From contig OZ241841.1 of the NCBI GenBank assembly GCA_965202665.1, forward strand, positions 2,304,001 through 2,368,000: a DNA stretch of 64,000 bases, in the 5' to 3' direction. Positions 1 to 12,523 of the stretch are shown one piece after another. The DNA comes from Candidatus Spongiisociaceae bacterium (GTDB lineage: Bacteria > Actinomycetota > Acidimicrobiia > Spongiisociales > Spongiisociaceae). Positions within the stretch are counted from its first letter, which is position 1, and each line of letters opens with the position of its first letter. The notes beneath the pieces were generated by a model that was not told the origin of the DNA, ran no database searches, and saw nothing but the letters and a program-made list of their open reading frames with translations. A program made the translations under genes and the position numbers.

Positions 1-1
1 T

Positions 2-859
2 GAGTATTCAGCGCCCGCCACCCTGGGCGAGGCTTTGACCGCCTTGGGGGAGGCGGGGAACGAAGGACGGGTTCTCGCCGGAGGGCAGAGCCTGATACCC
101 ATGATGAAACTGCGGCTGGCCGCCCCCGGCCACCTAGTCGACATCAACAACCTGGCCGAGTTGGACTACATTCGGGAATCCAACGGGCATCTGGCGGTGG
201 GGGCCCTGACCCGGCACGCCGCGGTGGCCGCCTCCGACCTGGTGCGCCGCTCCAACGACGCCATGGCCGCCGCCGCCCCCTGGATCTCCGACCCGCTGGT
301 GCGCAACCGGGGCACTTTGTGCGGTTCGGTCGCCCACTGCGACCCGGAAGGCGACTGGAATTCGGTGATGCTGGCCGTGGGCGCCTCGGTGGCGGCCCGT
401 TCCATCGCCGGGGAGCGGATCATCCCGGCCGCCGATTTCATAACCGGGCCGTTCACCAACTCCCTGGCCCCGGGGGAAATGATCACCGAAGTGCGCATCC
501 CCCGTTACCAGGGGCAAACCGGCGGAACCTATCTGAAGCTGGAACGCAAAATAGGCGACTACGCCACGGTGGGGGTGGCCGCCCATCTCCGCCTAGACGG
601 CGCCGGCCGGGTGGCCGAAGCCGGCCTGGCCCTCACCTCGGTGCACCAGTGCAACCTGAAAGTAACCGAAGCGGAACGGATGATGGCCGGCCAGGAGCCG
701 GGGCCGGAATTGTTCGCGGAAGCGGCGCGCATCGCCGCCCGCTCCTGCCAACCGGACAGCGACGTCCGCGGCCCCGCCGAATACAAGCGGGCGGTGGTAG
801 CCGAATACACCCGACGGGGATTCGCCCAAGCGCTATCCCAGGCACGAGGGGAGGTCTGA
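2..859 (+). CDS. coxM: Carbon monoxide dehydrogenase medium (FAD) subunit, 5'-truncated by window edge
   Basis: Frame open from position 2 (EYSAPATLGEAL...); AGGQSL and RNRGTLCGSVAH FAD-binding motifs; TGA overlaps coxS ATG. Confidence 0.9.
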   Translation, partial: EYSAPATLGEALTALGEAGNEGRVLAGGQSLIPMMKLRLAAPGHLVDINNLAELDYIRESNGHLAVGALTRHAAVAASDLVRRSNDAMAAAAPWISDPLVRNRGTLCGSVAHCDPEGDWNSVMLAVGASVAARSIAGERIIPAADFITGPFTNSLAPGEMITEVRIPRYQGQTGGTYLKLERKIGDYATVGVAAHLRLDGAGRVAEAGLALTSVHQCNLKVTEAERMMAGQEPGPELFAEAARIAARSCQPDSDVRGPAEYKRAVVAEYTRRGFAQALSQARGEV

Positions 860-1353
860 TGCAGGTAACGGTAACTATCAACGGCGCCGGGGAAACCCGG
901 GAGGTGGAACCCCGGAGGCTGCTGGTCGATTTCATCCGCACCGACCTGGGGCTGACCGGCACCCACATCGGATGCGACACCACCTCCTGCGGCGCCTGCA
1001 CGGTGCTGGTGGACGGCAAACCGATTAAGTCCTGCACCATGTTCGCCGTCCAAACCGACGGCCGGGAAGTGACCACCGTGGAGGGCCTGAAGCAAAACGG
1101 GGCGCTGCATCCCGTCCAGGAAGCCTTCAAAGAAGAACACGGCCTGCAGTGCGGCTTCTGCACTCCGGGGATGATGCTGGTCGGGGCCTCCCTGCTGGAG
1201 GAAAACCCCAGCCCCTCCGACGACGAGGTGCGCTGGGCCATCTCCGGCAACATCTGCCGGTGCACCGGATACCTGAACATCGTGTCGGCCATTCAGGCCG
1301 CAGGCCAAGCCCAAGCCGCCGCAGGCGAAGCGGGCGACACAGGAGGGAGCTGA
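859..1353 (+). CDS. coxS: CO dehydrogenase small (2Fe-2S) subunit
   Basis: ATG at 859 after GGAGG; GCDTTSCGAC, QCGFCTPG and CRCTGY motifs. Confidence 0.93.
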   Translation: MQVTVTINGAGETREVEPRRLLVDFIRTDLGLTGTHIGCDTTSCGACTVLVDGKPIKSCTMFAVQTDGREVTTVEGLKQNGALHPVQEAFKEEHGLQCGFCTPGMMLVGASLLEENPSPSDDEVRWAISGNICRCTGYLNIVSAIQAAGQAQAAAGEAGDTGGS

Positions 1354-1355
1354 CC

Positions 1356-3731
<2,376 letters not shown>

Positions 3732-3740
3732 GCCGCACCG

Positions 3741-4640
3741 GTGGACGTCCTGGCCCGGGCGGCCCGTCTCCGGGAGGAGGGCCGGGCCTTCGTCTTGGCC
3801 ACGGTGGTTTGGACGCGGGGGCCGTCCTCCGGCAAAGGCGGTTGCAAGGCCGTCATCCACCCGGACGGCCGGGTGGAAGGATGGCTGGGCGGGGCCTGCG
3901 CCGTCCCCACCGTGGTGCGGCAAGCGCTGCAGGCCTTGGGGGACGGACGGGCCCGGGTGCTGTCCCTGGGGCGGCCCGACGAACGGACGGGGGTGACGGA
4001 GGCTCCGATGGCCTGCGACAGCGAAGGGGAAATGGAGGTTTTCGTGGAACCGATGGCGCCCGCCCCCCGCCTGGTGATCGTAGGTTCATCGCCGATGACC
4101 GCCGCCCTGGCGGAAATAGCCCGGGCGGTGGGCTGGAGGACATGGACGGCCGCCGAAGCCTCGCAAGTGGGGGAAATCGAACGGCAGGCGGAGGGCTCCT
4201 ACGCGGTGGTGGCCACCCAGGGGGTGTTCGACGAACCGGCCCTGGCGGCTGTTTTGTCCACTTCGGCGGTCTACGTGGGCCTGGTCGCGTCGGAAAAACG
4301 GGCGTCGGCGGCCCTGGCCTGGTTGCGCGGCAACGGAGTTTCCGAAGAGGACCTGGCCCGGGTGCGCGCCCCGGCCGGGATGGATCTGGGTTCCACCACC
4401 CACGAGGAGATGGCGGTGTCCATAATGGCCGGCCTGGTGGCTTTCAAATCTTCCGCCCCGGGAGTCGCCGCCCCCCCGGTGGAACTACCGGAACAAGCGG
4501 TTGACCCGGTGTGCGGAATGTCAGTGGACGTTTCCTCCGCCGCCTTCACCGCCCGCCACGCCGGTGAAACCTTCTATTTCTGCGCCGCCGGTTGCCAAAC
4601 AACCTTCCAAAAAAACCCCACCCAGCACCAACCCGCGTAA
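3741..4640 (+). CDS. XdhC/CoxF/CoxI-family Moco accessory protein with C-terminal YHS domain
   Basis: GWLGGAC, YVGLVAS and PAGMDLG XdhC motifs; C-terminal DPVCGMSV...FYFCAAGC YHS domain. Confidence 0.85.
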   Translation: MDVLARAARLREEGRAFVLATVVWTRGPSSGKGGCKAVIHPDGRVEGWLGGACAVPTVVRQALQALGDGRARVLSLGRPDERTGVTEAPMACDSEGEMEVFVEPMAPAPRLVIVGSSPMTAALAEIARAVGWRTWTAAEASQVGEIERQAEGSYAVVATQGVFDEPALAAVLSTSAVYVGLVASEKRASAALAWLRGNGVSEEDLARVRAPAGMDLGSTTHEEMAVSIMAGLVAFKSSAPGVAAPPVELPEQAVDPVCGMSVDVSSAAFTARHAGETFYFCAAGCQTTFQKNPTQHQPA

Positions 4641-4662
4641 CCCCCCAAAAAAGACGCCTCGG

Positions 4663-4845
4663 TCACGCCTCCGCAGAAACCCCAGCACCCGGTTCGGCGA
4701 GTGGGACATCGGCGGCAGCCGATGGAGCTTCGGGAGCCGGACGGCCCGCCAAGTAATCCCTGGCCATCTGTACCAGATGCTCTTGCACCTCAGGCGAAAC
4801 CCCCAGTTCATCAGGGTTGCCAATAACATGACCCCTCTTAGGCAT
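4663..4845 (-). CDS. Small hypothetical protein (60 aa)
   Basis: ATG preceded by AAAGGAG RBS; fills the gap between the cox cluster and the RM pair. Confidence 0.55.
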   Translation of the reverse strand: MPKRGHVIGNPDELGVSPEVQEHLVQMARDYLAGRPAPEAPSAAADVPLAEPGAGVSAEA

Positions 4846-4935
4846 ATCAGTCTCCTTTCGTATCCCCGGGCGCCACTTTACCGGGATATGTCAACATAAT
4901 GCCTCACGCTCTGGTTTCTGGCCAAAAAACGGGTT

Positions 4936-5841
4936 TTACAGTAGATTCTTTATCTCTTGCAGTAGATCCGTGACCCGTTGAGCGACGGCTTCGTTGTCTG
5001 TTTCTGCGATGCGCCGGTACTTTTTACAGATCAGTTCTCTTATTTCGGCGGGGTCTCTTGATTCGGAGAAGACCCTGAAGAATTTTATCCAGTGCTCGGC
5101 TGGTATGCCCGCTATCAAGGACTCCAAGCTGGTCTGCAGGAAAAAATCCATTATTCCGGTTCGGGCCAAGCGGCCAAAGTTGCCACCAGGGTCAGACACT
5201 GGTTTGTCGGCTACCATGTCGGGTTTTGCCGGATATGGGCCTACATTTTCAATGGGCGCGACGATGGCGGAGTCGGATTTTGTCGTCCGTATTTCTTGCC
5301 ACCAATGGTTGCGATACTGAGCGGCGTATCGAACTGACTCCACCCACGGTACGGCAACCACCGGCTTACCCGACAGTACATTGGACAGGTACCAGGGGAT
5401 GACCGCGATCAGGTCATGCTCAGCGCAGGCGGATGGGGTGGTGGTCAATCTTAGGCTGGGCTCGCCTTCCTTGGACAGCAGGTACCAGCCTTTTAGTTCA
5501 ATGCCAAGGGCGATGGTTTTGGAGTCATTGTTACGAGCAACTAGTCGAACATCCGGGAAGGTCTGCGCTTGGCGCTCGAATACGTAAGTCGACCATTCAC
5601 CGTTGGGATCCCACACAGATCGCATGTTGTTGAGGGTTTTAACCACCTGTATCTCTATGGCGGCGGCCAGAACGGTATTGAGAGAGAACAAATCGGTGGC
5701 CTGAATTCCGGCAATGTGGGTATCAGATTCAAAATAGCCCGGCAACGAACGCAATGCATCGGCTATTCTTTGCCGCAACGCCGTTTTCGGGTCGGCGGCG
5801 GCCAGTACCGGCGGTACCGGAGGGCGGCGGGACGCTGTCAT
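4936..5841 (-). CDS. Putative type II restriction endonuclease (PD-(D/E)xK)
   Basis: ATG at 5841 overlaps the MTase stop (ATGA); FPDVRL...GIELKG motif; AT-richer; directly downstream of an MTase. Confidence 0.7.
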   Translation of the reverse strand: MTASRRPPVPPVLAAADPKTALRQRIADALRSLPGYFESDTHIAGIQATDLFSLNTVLAAAIEIQVVKTLNNMRSVWDPNGEWSTYVFERQAQTFPDVRLVARNNDSKTIALGIELKGWYLLSKEGEPSLRLTTTPSACAEHDLIAVIPWYLSNVLSGKPVVAVPWVESVRYAAQYRNHWWQEIRTTKSDSAIVAPIENVGPYPAKPDMVADKPVSDPGGNFGRLARTGIMDFFLQTSLESLIAGIPAEHWIKFFRVFSESRDPAEIRELICKKYRRIAETDNEAVAQRVTDLLQEIKNLL

Positions 5842-6935
5842 CTTGGATTGGAGGCTTGTATCAGTCGTTCTTCGGCGATGTCGGCGAAGGCCGTCACTTT
5901 TTCCGCGGCGTATGCCCGGCGTTTGAGTTCTACGGCGGCCGCCGACCCGGTGCATAGGCCGCCGAAGGGTTCCCAGATGACATCGCCCGCATCGGTGCAG
6001 GCCCTTATTATCCGTCGCATAAGAGCCAGGGGTTTCTGGTTGAGATGGGCGGCGGCGTTGCGCCCCGGATTGTGGACGCGGGGCGCGGAACGCAGACCGT
6101 TGCCCCGGTAACGTTCCTTGCCGTTGACCGGTGGATGACTCCACACATTGGTGATCCCGTGCTCGAAATTCCATTTGTATCTGAGTTTGCGCCAATCAGC
6201 GGCGGATGGCGGCCTCTCGCCGTCGAGGGAGAAGTAGGGGCGGTTGGTCGGGCGGCCGTGCTGGTTGGCGTAGCGCGCCATCTTCTCCAACATTTCCGGC
6301 GGCGGGAAATACCAATGCCGGTCACAGGTCAGATATTTACGGGTGGCGGCGTTGCGCACCCCGCATGCCTCATTGGCCAGGTTGAGCGGCAGGCCGGATC
6401 TCCGCCATTCGTGCCTCAACCACTCTTGCGCGGGCAACAGACCCCGACCGGTCGGCAGTTCCAGTTTGCGGGAGTAAAGCACGCACACCTCTGTAACGAC
6501 CGGAAACCGGCGCAGGGTTCGGCCATTGGAGTTGCCGGCCACATGGCCCAACCCTTTGTCCCAGACGATGGTTTGCTCATAAATCCATCCCAGTTCCGCC
6601 AATAGGGGGTGCATGGAAGCCCATCCCCGTTCCGTGTTCCAGAACCACAATGCGGTGGAGGGAAGGGCGCGCGCGGACCAGGCTCGCGCGTGTCCGGCGT
6701 ACCATTGGGGCAGAAGGCCGACTTCCAACGGATCTCCGGGGAATCCCCCCAATCCATAGGCGCCGTCGGATATGATGGCGTTGGGGCGGGGCCAGCCGGG
6801 ATAGGCGTCCAATGCATCGCCCCGGTACAGCGAAAAACGGGCGCTGGCGGGGGACGGCTGAGCCGGGTCGCCCTCCGACAGGAGAGTGCCCGAAGTGGGA
6901 TTACAAGTATGTAGTTTCATAGCAGTCTCCATCAT
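5838..6935 (-). CDS. DNA amino-methyltransferase (N4-C/N6-A, beta order)
   Basis: Motif IV variant ISDGAYG near N-terminus; HLNQKP and WEPFGGLCTG (motif I) near C-terminus; start uncertain. Confidence 0.85.
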   Translation of the reverse strand: MMETAMKLHTCNPTSGTLLSEGDPAQPSPASARFSLYRGDALDAYPGWPRPNAIISDGAYGLGGFPGDPLEVGLLPQWYAGHARAWSARALPSTALWFWNTERGWASMHPLLAELGWIYEQTIVWDKGLGHVAGNSNGRTLRRFPVVTEVCVLYSRKLELPTGRGLLPAQEWLRHEWRRSGLPLNLANEACGVRNAATRKYLTCDRHWYFPPPEMLEKMARYANQHGRPTNRPYFSLDGERPPSAADWRKLRYKWNFEHGITNVWSHPPVNGKERYRGNGLRSAPRVHNPGRNAAAHLNQKPLALMRRIIRACTDAGDVIWEPFGGLCTGSAAAVELKRRAYAAEKVTAFADIAEERLIQASNPR

Positions 6936-7004
6936 AGCCGCTTTTGATTCATTAGTAGCGGGCGGGTGGGACAAACTGCGGCCGGGGTTTACCCCCGGGT
7001 GGGG

Positions 7005-7829
7005 TCAGCCGAGGATTATTAGGGATAGGGAGACGGCCGCTAGGGCGAATCCGGCCAGCTGGGAGCGGGAGGTTCTTTCCCCGGCGAAAATAATTTGGAA
7101 GATGAGGGTGAATCCGTACAACATTTGGAAGAGCAGGCCGGCGATGGCCAGGTTGCGCTGGGCGGCCAGCAGATAGGAGCCCATACCCACCGCCCCCATG
7201 GCCCCGATGAACGCCAAACCGGGCATTATGGAACGCTCCGGCTTCAAAGAATGCCCGCCGGCCAGCAAAAATATCCCGATGAAGACGAAACTGGTCACCC
7301 GTCCGCCCAGCAACGGCCACAGACCGGAGCCTTCGGCGGTCAAACCGAGCAGGGTGGTCATCCCCCCGATGGCCGCCCCCGCCCGCAGGCCGTGCCGGAG
7401 GGCCACCGGATCCCATTCCCCGGCGGCGTTGTGATGGCCGATCAGCCACAGGGCCGCCAACCCCACCAGAATGCCGATGGCGACGGCCGCGGTGGGAAGC
7501 CCGGTGGTGATGATTCCCGCCGCCACCGGCATAATCGCCCCCAGCACCGCCGACACCGGCCCCACGATCCCCACCCCGCGGGTGGTGTAACCGCGAAACA
7601 ACTCCATCAGCCCCCAAGCCCCGAACAGGCCGGAAGCCGCCCCGTAGGCCATGTCCGCCAAGCTGGGATCCCCTCCCACCAGGAACGAAAACACCGTCAC
7701 GACCGACATCGTGTAAAAGAAAATCCACCACACCATGGTCGGCAGGTGGGTTTTCCGTCCGATGCCGATGGCGACATGGTCGCCGAAGCCTATGGCCAGC
7801 GGCCCCAGCAGGGCCAGGAAAATGGTCAC
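7005..7829 (-). CDS. EamA/DMT-family transporter
   Basis: About 10 hydrophobic segments in two repeats, 274 aa. Confidence 0.75.
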   Translation of the reverse strand: MTIFLALLGPLAIGFGDHVAIGIGRKTHLPTMVWWIFFYTMSVVTVFSFLVGGDPSLADMAYGAASGLFGAWGLMELFRGYTTRGVGIVGPVSAVLGAIMPVAAGIITTGLPTAAVAIGILVGLAALWLIGHHNAAGEWDPVALRHGLRAGAAIGGMTTLLGLTAEGSGLWPLLGGRVTSFVFIGIFLLAGGHSLKPERSIMPGLAFIGAMGAVGMGSYLLAAQRNLAIAGLLFQMLYGFTLIFQIIFAGERTSRSQLAGFALAAVSLSLIILG

Positions 7830-7868
7830 GTTCCCCCCCCGGCGCGAAGGATGCGGGGGGAGGGGTTT

Positions 7869-9062
7869 TCAGCGGAAAGCATCGAACCCGGTGATGGCTT
7901 GGCCGAGGATCAGGGCGTGTATTTCGTTGGTGCCCTCGTAGGTGAAAACCGTTTCCAGGTTGTTCATATGGCGGATGACCGGATATTCCAAGGTGATCCC
8001 GTTGGCCCCCAGGATGGAACGGGCCTGCCGGGCCACCGCCAAAGCGGACCGCACGTTGTCGAATTTGCCGAATGAGATATGTTCGGGGGAGACCCGCCCC
8101 TCATCTTTCATCCGCCCTATGTGCAAGGCCACCAAAAGCCCCCGGTTGACGGCCACCATCATGTCCGTCAGTTTGGCCTGGGTGAGCTGAAAGGAGGCGA
8201 TGGGCCGTTCGAAGGCGCGGCGCTCAACGGCGTATTCCAAAGCCGTTTCGTAGCAGGTGCGGGCCGCCCCCATCGCCCCCCAGATGATCCCGTAGCGGGC
8301 TTCGGTCAGGCAGGACAGCGGCCCCCGCATGGAGGACGTCCCGGGCAGGGCCAGGCCGTCGGGGATCCGCACCTCGTCCAAGAACAGGGCCGAAGTGTGG
8401 GAGGCCCGCAACGACATTTTGCCGGTGATGTCGCGGGCGGAGAACCCGGGGGAGTCGGCGGGGACGATGAACCCCCGCACTTCCCGCCCGGGTGTTCCGG
8501 AGTCTTCCACCCGGGCCCATATGACGGCTACGTCGGCCACCGACCCGTTGGAAATCCACATTTTGGAGCCGTTGACGATCCAGTCGCCCCCGTCCCGGCG
8601 GGCGGAGGTGCGCATCGCCGCCGGGTCGGAACCGGCGTCGGGTTCGGTGAGGCCGAAGCATCCCAGGACTTCGCCCGTCGCCAGGCGGGGCAGCCATTCC
8701 CGCTTCTGCTCCTCCGAACCGTATTTCCAGATGGGGAACATGACCAGCGACCCCTGCACCGACACCATGCTCCGCACCCCCGAATCCCCCGCCTCCAATT
8801 CCAGGCAGGCCAGCCCGTAGTCCACCGCCGACGCCCCGGCGCAACCGTACCCCTCCAGGTGCATTCCCAACAACCCCAGTTTTCCCAACTCCGGGGCCAG
8901 TTCCCGGGGCAGAATCCCCTCCTGGAACCATCCGGTTATTTCCGGAGCCACCCGGTCGGCCACGAAACGGCGGACCGTGTCCCGGCCCAGCCGCTCCTCG
9001 GCGGTCAGCAAATGCTCCAGCCCCAGAAAATCCCGGGGGTCGGGGGGCGAGTGCGATGTCAT
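7869..9062 (-). CDS. Acyl-CoA dehydrogenase (glutaryl-CoA dehydrogenase-like)
   Basis: GCFGLTEPDAGSD, NGSKMWISNG and TYEGTNEIH motifs; start MTSHSPP at 9062. Confidence 0.92.
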   Translation of the reverse strand: MTSHSPPDPRDFLGLEHLLTAEERLGRDTVRRFVADRVAPEITGWFQEGILPRELAPELGKLGLLGMHLEGYGCAGASAVDYGLACLELEAGDSGVRSMVSVQGSLVMFPIWKYGSEEQKREWLPRLATGEVLGCFGLTEPDAGSDPAAMRTSARRDGGDWIVNGSKMWISNGSVADVAVIWARVEDSGTPGREVRGFIVPADSPGFSARDITGKMSLRASHTSALFLDEVRIPDGLALPGTSSMRGPLSCLTEARYGIIWGAMGAARTCYETALEYAVERRAFERPIASFQLTQAKLTDMMVAVNRGLLVALHIGRMKDEGRVSPEHISFGKFDNVRSALAVARQARSILGANGITLEYPVIRHMNNLETVFTYEGTNEIHALILGQAITGFDAFR

Positions 9063-9251
9063 AGGCCCCTTTCCAGTAGCGTCGCGGCCCGGCGGCGCGG
9101 CCGTTTGAATATGTAGCGTACAACGGAGCGGGCGCAACGGCAACGGAAGCGCGCCCCGCAGGCGCCCCGCCAAAAGATTAGAGGGGTATGATGGGCAACC
9201 CGCGCAACCCGCCAGTGTTCCGTTTCCCGCTCTGACATAGGAGGCACCACT

Positions 9252-9764
9252 ATGAAACCTGTGAAGCGAATATGGGCGGCCGTGTTGCTGGCGGCCATGT
9301 TGGGCGGGGCGACGGCGGTTGCCCTGACCTCGTTCGATGATGTGCCCGACGACCATCCGCACGCCGAGGGCATACGAAATGTCGCGGAGCGGGGATGGTT
9401 CCAAGGCTACCCCGACGGGTCGTTCCGGCCCGATCGGAAAATCACCGCCGAGCAGTTGGCCACGGTGCTGTTGCGGGCCTATCCGGACGGTTTGACCCGC
9501 GGGGAGGCGGCTACTTTTCTGACCGGCGGGCAAACCCATCTGCAATCAGTGGCGCCTTCCGCCCAGGTGTCCGGTTCCTCAACCGATCCAACCACCACCA
9601 CGGGGGCCGCCGCCGCGACCACCACCACCTTCGTCTGCGAAGACGACCAGGAATACCATGACGGCGAATGCGACGATTACGCCTACGACTACGACGATTA
9701 CTGCCAAGAGGACGACGACGACGGCGAATGCGACGGCTATGACGACGAATACGACGAAGACTGA
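9252..9764 (+). CDS. Secreted SLH-domain protein with Asp/Tyr/Cys-rich tail
   Basis: AGGAGG RBS; signal peptide; SLH motif FDDVPDDH...GYPDGSFRPDRKIT; acidic tail. Confidence 0.8.
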   Translation: MKPVKRIWAAVLLAAMLGGATAVALTSFDDVPDDHPHAEGIRNVAERGWFQGYPDGSFRPDRKITAEQLATVLLRAYPDGLTRGEAATFLTGGQTHLQSVAPSAQVSGSSTDPTTTTGAAAATTTTFVCEDDQEYHDGECDDYAYDYDDYCQEDDDDGECDGYDDEYDED

Positions 9765-9890
9765 CGGCCAACGCCGCTTCCGGTTTCGGCGGCGCGGCCC
9801 GTTTGAAATCCTGTAGCGTTAGCGGAGCAAAGGCGTACGGGAGACGCATCCCGTCAGGCGCCCCGTCCCCTGGAAAATTTAAGGAGCGTG

Positions 9891-11255
9891 ATGAGCGAAC
9901 CCACCAAGATCCTGCTCAACGAGTCGGAGTTGCCGACCCACTGGTACAACATCATCCCCGACCTGCCCGCCCCGCCCCCGCCGGTGTTGCATCCGGGGAC
10001 TTTGCAGCCGGTCGGCCCGGACGACCTGGCCCCGCTGTTCCCCATGGACCTGATCATGCAAGAGGTGTCCGGGGACAGTTACGTGGAAATCCCGGAGCCG
10101 GTGCGGGACGCCTACCGGATGTGGCGGCCCACCCCCCTGCACCGGGCCCGCAATTTGGAGCGGGAACTGGGCACCCCGGCCCGCATCTACTACAAGTACG
10201 AGGGCGGCAGCCCGGCCGGGTCTCACAAGCCCAACACCGCCATCGCCCAAGCCTATTACAACGCCCAGGCGGGGGTGCGCAAACTGACCACCGAAACGGG
10301 GGCCGGGCAGTGGGGGAGCGCCCTGGCTTTGGCCTGCCAAATGTTCGGCCTGGAATGCGAAGTGTGGCAGGTGGCCGCCTCCTACCGGCAGAAGCCCTAC
10401 CGGAGCCTGATGATGCAGACCTGGGGGGCGGTGGTTCATTCCAGCCCGTCGCCGGTCACCAACGCCGGGCGGGCCGTCCTGGAATCCGACCCGGACAGTC
10501 CGGGCAGCCTGGGCCTCGCCATCTCGGAGGCGGTGGAAGCGGCGGCCCCCAACCCGGACGTCAACTATTCGCTGGGGTCGGTGCTCAACCATGTGCTGAT
10601 GCATCAGACGGTCATCGGCCAGGAGGCCCTCACCCAACTGGGCAAGGCGGGGGAGACCCCCGATGTGCTGATCGGCTGCACCGGCGGCGGTTCCAACTTC
10701 GCCGGCCTGTCGTTTCCTTTCATTCGGGAGAAACTGGCCGGCAATATGAACCCGGTCATCCGGGCGGTGGAACCGGCCGCCTGCCCGTCCCTGACTAAAG
10801 GCGAATACCGCTACGACTTCGGCGACGCGGCCGGGACGACCCCGTTGATCAAGATGCACACCCTGGGGCACTCGTTCATCCCCGACCCGATTCACGCCGG
10901 CGGCCTGCGCTACCACGGGATGTCCCCGCTCATCTCCCACTTGAAAGAGCTGGGGGTTTTGGAAGCGGAAGCCATCGCCCAGACCGAATGTTTCCAGGGA
11001 GCGGTGCGGTTCGCCCGCAGCGAAGGGATCATCCCCGCCCCGGAGCCCACCCACGCCATAGCCGGGGCCATCCGGGAGGCCGACCGGTGCCGGGAAACCG
11101 GGGAGGAAAAAGTGATCCTGATCGCCCTGTGCGGCCACGGCCACTTCGACATGCCCGCCTACGAAACCTACCTAGCCGACGGGATGAAGGACTACGCCTA
11201 CCCGCAGGAGAAAATAGCAGCCGCCCTGGAAAAAGTCCCGGTAGTAACCGGCTGA
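9891..11255 (+). CDS. trpB2: TrpB2-type tryptophan synthase beta-like PLP enzyme
   Basis: [14 protein letters not shown] lysine motif, [26 protein letters not shown]. Confidence 0.93.
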   Translation: MSEPTKILLNESELPTHWYNIIPDLPAPPPPVLHPGTLQPVGPDDLAPLFPMDLIMQEVSGDSYVEIPEPVRDAYRMWRPTPLHRARNLERELGTPARIYYKYEGGSPAGSHKPNTAIAQAYYNAQAGVRKLTTETGAGQWGSALALACQMFGLECEVWQVAASYRQKPYRSLMMQTWGAVVHSSPSPVTNAGRAVLESDPDSPGSLGLAISEAVEAAAPNPDVNYSLGSVLNHVLMHQTVIGQEALTQLGKAGETPDVLIGCTGGGSNFAGLSFPFIREKLAGNMNPVIRAVEPAACPSLTKGEYRYDFGDAAGTTPLIKMHTLGHSFIPDPIHAGGLRYHGMSPLISHLKELGVLEAEAIAQTECFQGAVRFARSEGIIPAPEPTHAIAGAIREADRCRETGEEKVILIALCGHGHFDMPAYETYLADGMKDYAYPQEKIAAALEKVPVVTG

Positions 11256-11271
11256 AGCCCTTTCGCAATCT

Positions 11272-11308
11272 ATTCACCCTTTGAATGATTATCATTCAAA
11301 GGGTGAAT
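11272..11308. promoter_or_regulatory. Perfect 18-bp inverted repeat (possible operator) over the ATPase gene start
   Basis: ATTCACCCTTTGAATGAT-T-ATCATTCAAAGGGTGAAT. Confidence 0.6.
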
Positions 11309-12523
11309 GATAAAGCACTGCCTCGGTTGGTGGTTCCCAGTCTGGTGGAAAGGCTGGGGGTGATGCCGGCGGTGGTGGTCACCGGCGCCCGCCAGACGGG
11401 TAAAAGCACCCTGGTGCAGGAACTGATCCCCGGCCGTCGACGCTTCTTCTCGCTGGACGACCTGGACGCCCTCGATTTGGCTCGCCGCAACCCCGGGGAA
11501 CTTCTGGCGGGCGTCGGGCCGGTCACCATCGACGAAGTGCAGAAGGCCCCCGACCTGTTGCAGGAGGTCAAGCGGGCCGTGGATCAGGACCTGCGTCCGG
11601 GGCGGTTTCTGCTCACCGGCTCCGCCAACCTGTTGCTGATGGGCCAAATTTCGGAGTCGTTGGCGGGCCGGGCCAGCTACCTGACTTTGTGGCCGATGAC
11701 CCACCGTGAGCAACAGGGCGCCGGCCGGGGCGGCATCTGGGAGGAGTTGTTGCAATCCGACAGCGAAGATTGGCCGGATTTGCTGGCCGCCGGGCCTGAT
11801 GAGCCGCAGGACTGGCGGCAGTTGGCCCGCCGGGGCGGATTCCCCCATCCCGCCCTGCGCCTGGGCGCCGCCTCGGAGCAGGACATCTGGTTCGACGGCT
11901 ATGTGCGAACCTACCTGGAGCGGGACCTGTCCGATATTTCATCCGTCGCCGCTCTGCACGACTTCCGGCGTCTGATGCGGATGACCTGCCTGCGCATCGG
12001 CCAACTGGTCAATCAGACCGAACTGGGTCGGGACGCGGCCCTCTCCCAGCCCACCGTCCACCGCTACCTCAACCTACTGGAAACCTCCTATATGCTGGTG
12101 CGCGTCCCCGCCTACACCGTCAACCGCACCAAGCGGCTGATCAAGTCCCCCAAGTTGTACTGGGGGGACACCGGATTGGCGTTGTTTTTAGCCGGGGGGC
12201 AACCCCAGGGGGCGCACTTGGAGAACATTGTGCTGAACAGTTTGCTGGCCTGGCGGGACGCCCGTCCCGGACCCGTGGATATTTTCCACTGGCGCACCGC
12301 GTCCGGCGAAGAAGTGGATTTCGTGATCGAGGCGGGCAATGACCTGTTGCCGGTGGAAGTGAAATCCTCCGCCCGGCCCCGGTTGCGGGATGGGGAGCGC
12401 ATCAGAGCCTTCCGTTCCGAATACGGGGAGCAGGCTCGGGCCGGGCTGGTGCTACACGACGGCCGAGAGGTGAAATGGCTGACGCCCAACGTGCTAGCCG
12501 CCCCCTGGTGGAAGGTGCTATAA
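11303..12523 (+). CDS. AAA+ ATPase with DUF4143 and C-terminal PD-(D/E)xK-like motif
   Basis: GARQTGKST, IDEVQK, LTGSA, ESLAGR, KSPKLY, EVDFV...PVEVK; GTG 11303 preferred (ATG 11285 alternative). Confidence 0.88.
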   Translation: MNDKALPRLVVPSLVERLGVMPAVVVTGARQTGKSTLVQELIPGRRRFFSLDDLDALDLARRNPGELLAGVGPVTIDEVQKAPDLLQEVKRAVDQDLRPGRFLLTGSANLLLMGQISESLAGRASYLTLWPMTHREQQGAGRGGIWEELLQSDSEDWPDLLAAGPDEPQDWRQLARRGGFPHPALRLGAASEQDIWFDGYVRTYLERDLSDISSVAALHDFRRLMRMTCLRIGQLVNQTELGRDAALSQPTVHRYLNLLETSYMLVRVPAYTVNRTKRLIKSPKLYWGDTGLALFLAGGQPQGAHLENIVLNSLLAWRDARPGPVDIFHWRTASGEEVDFVIEAGNDLLPVEVKSSARPRLRDGERIRAFRSEYGEQARAGLVLHDGREVKWLTPNVLAAPWWKVL

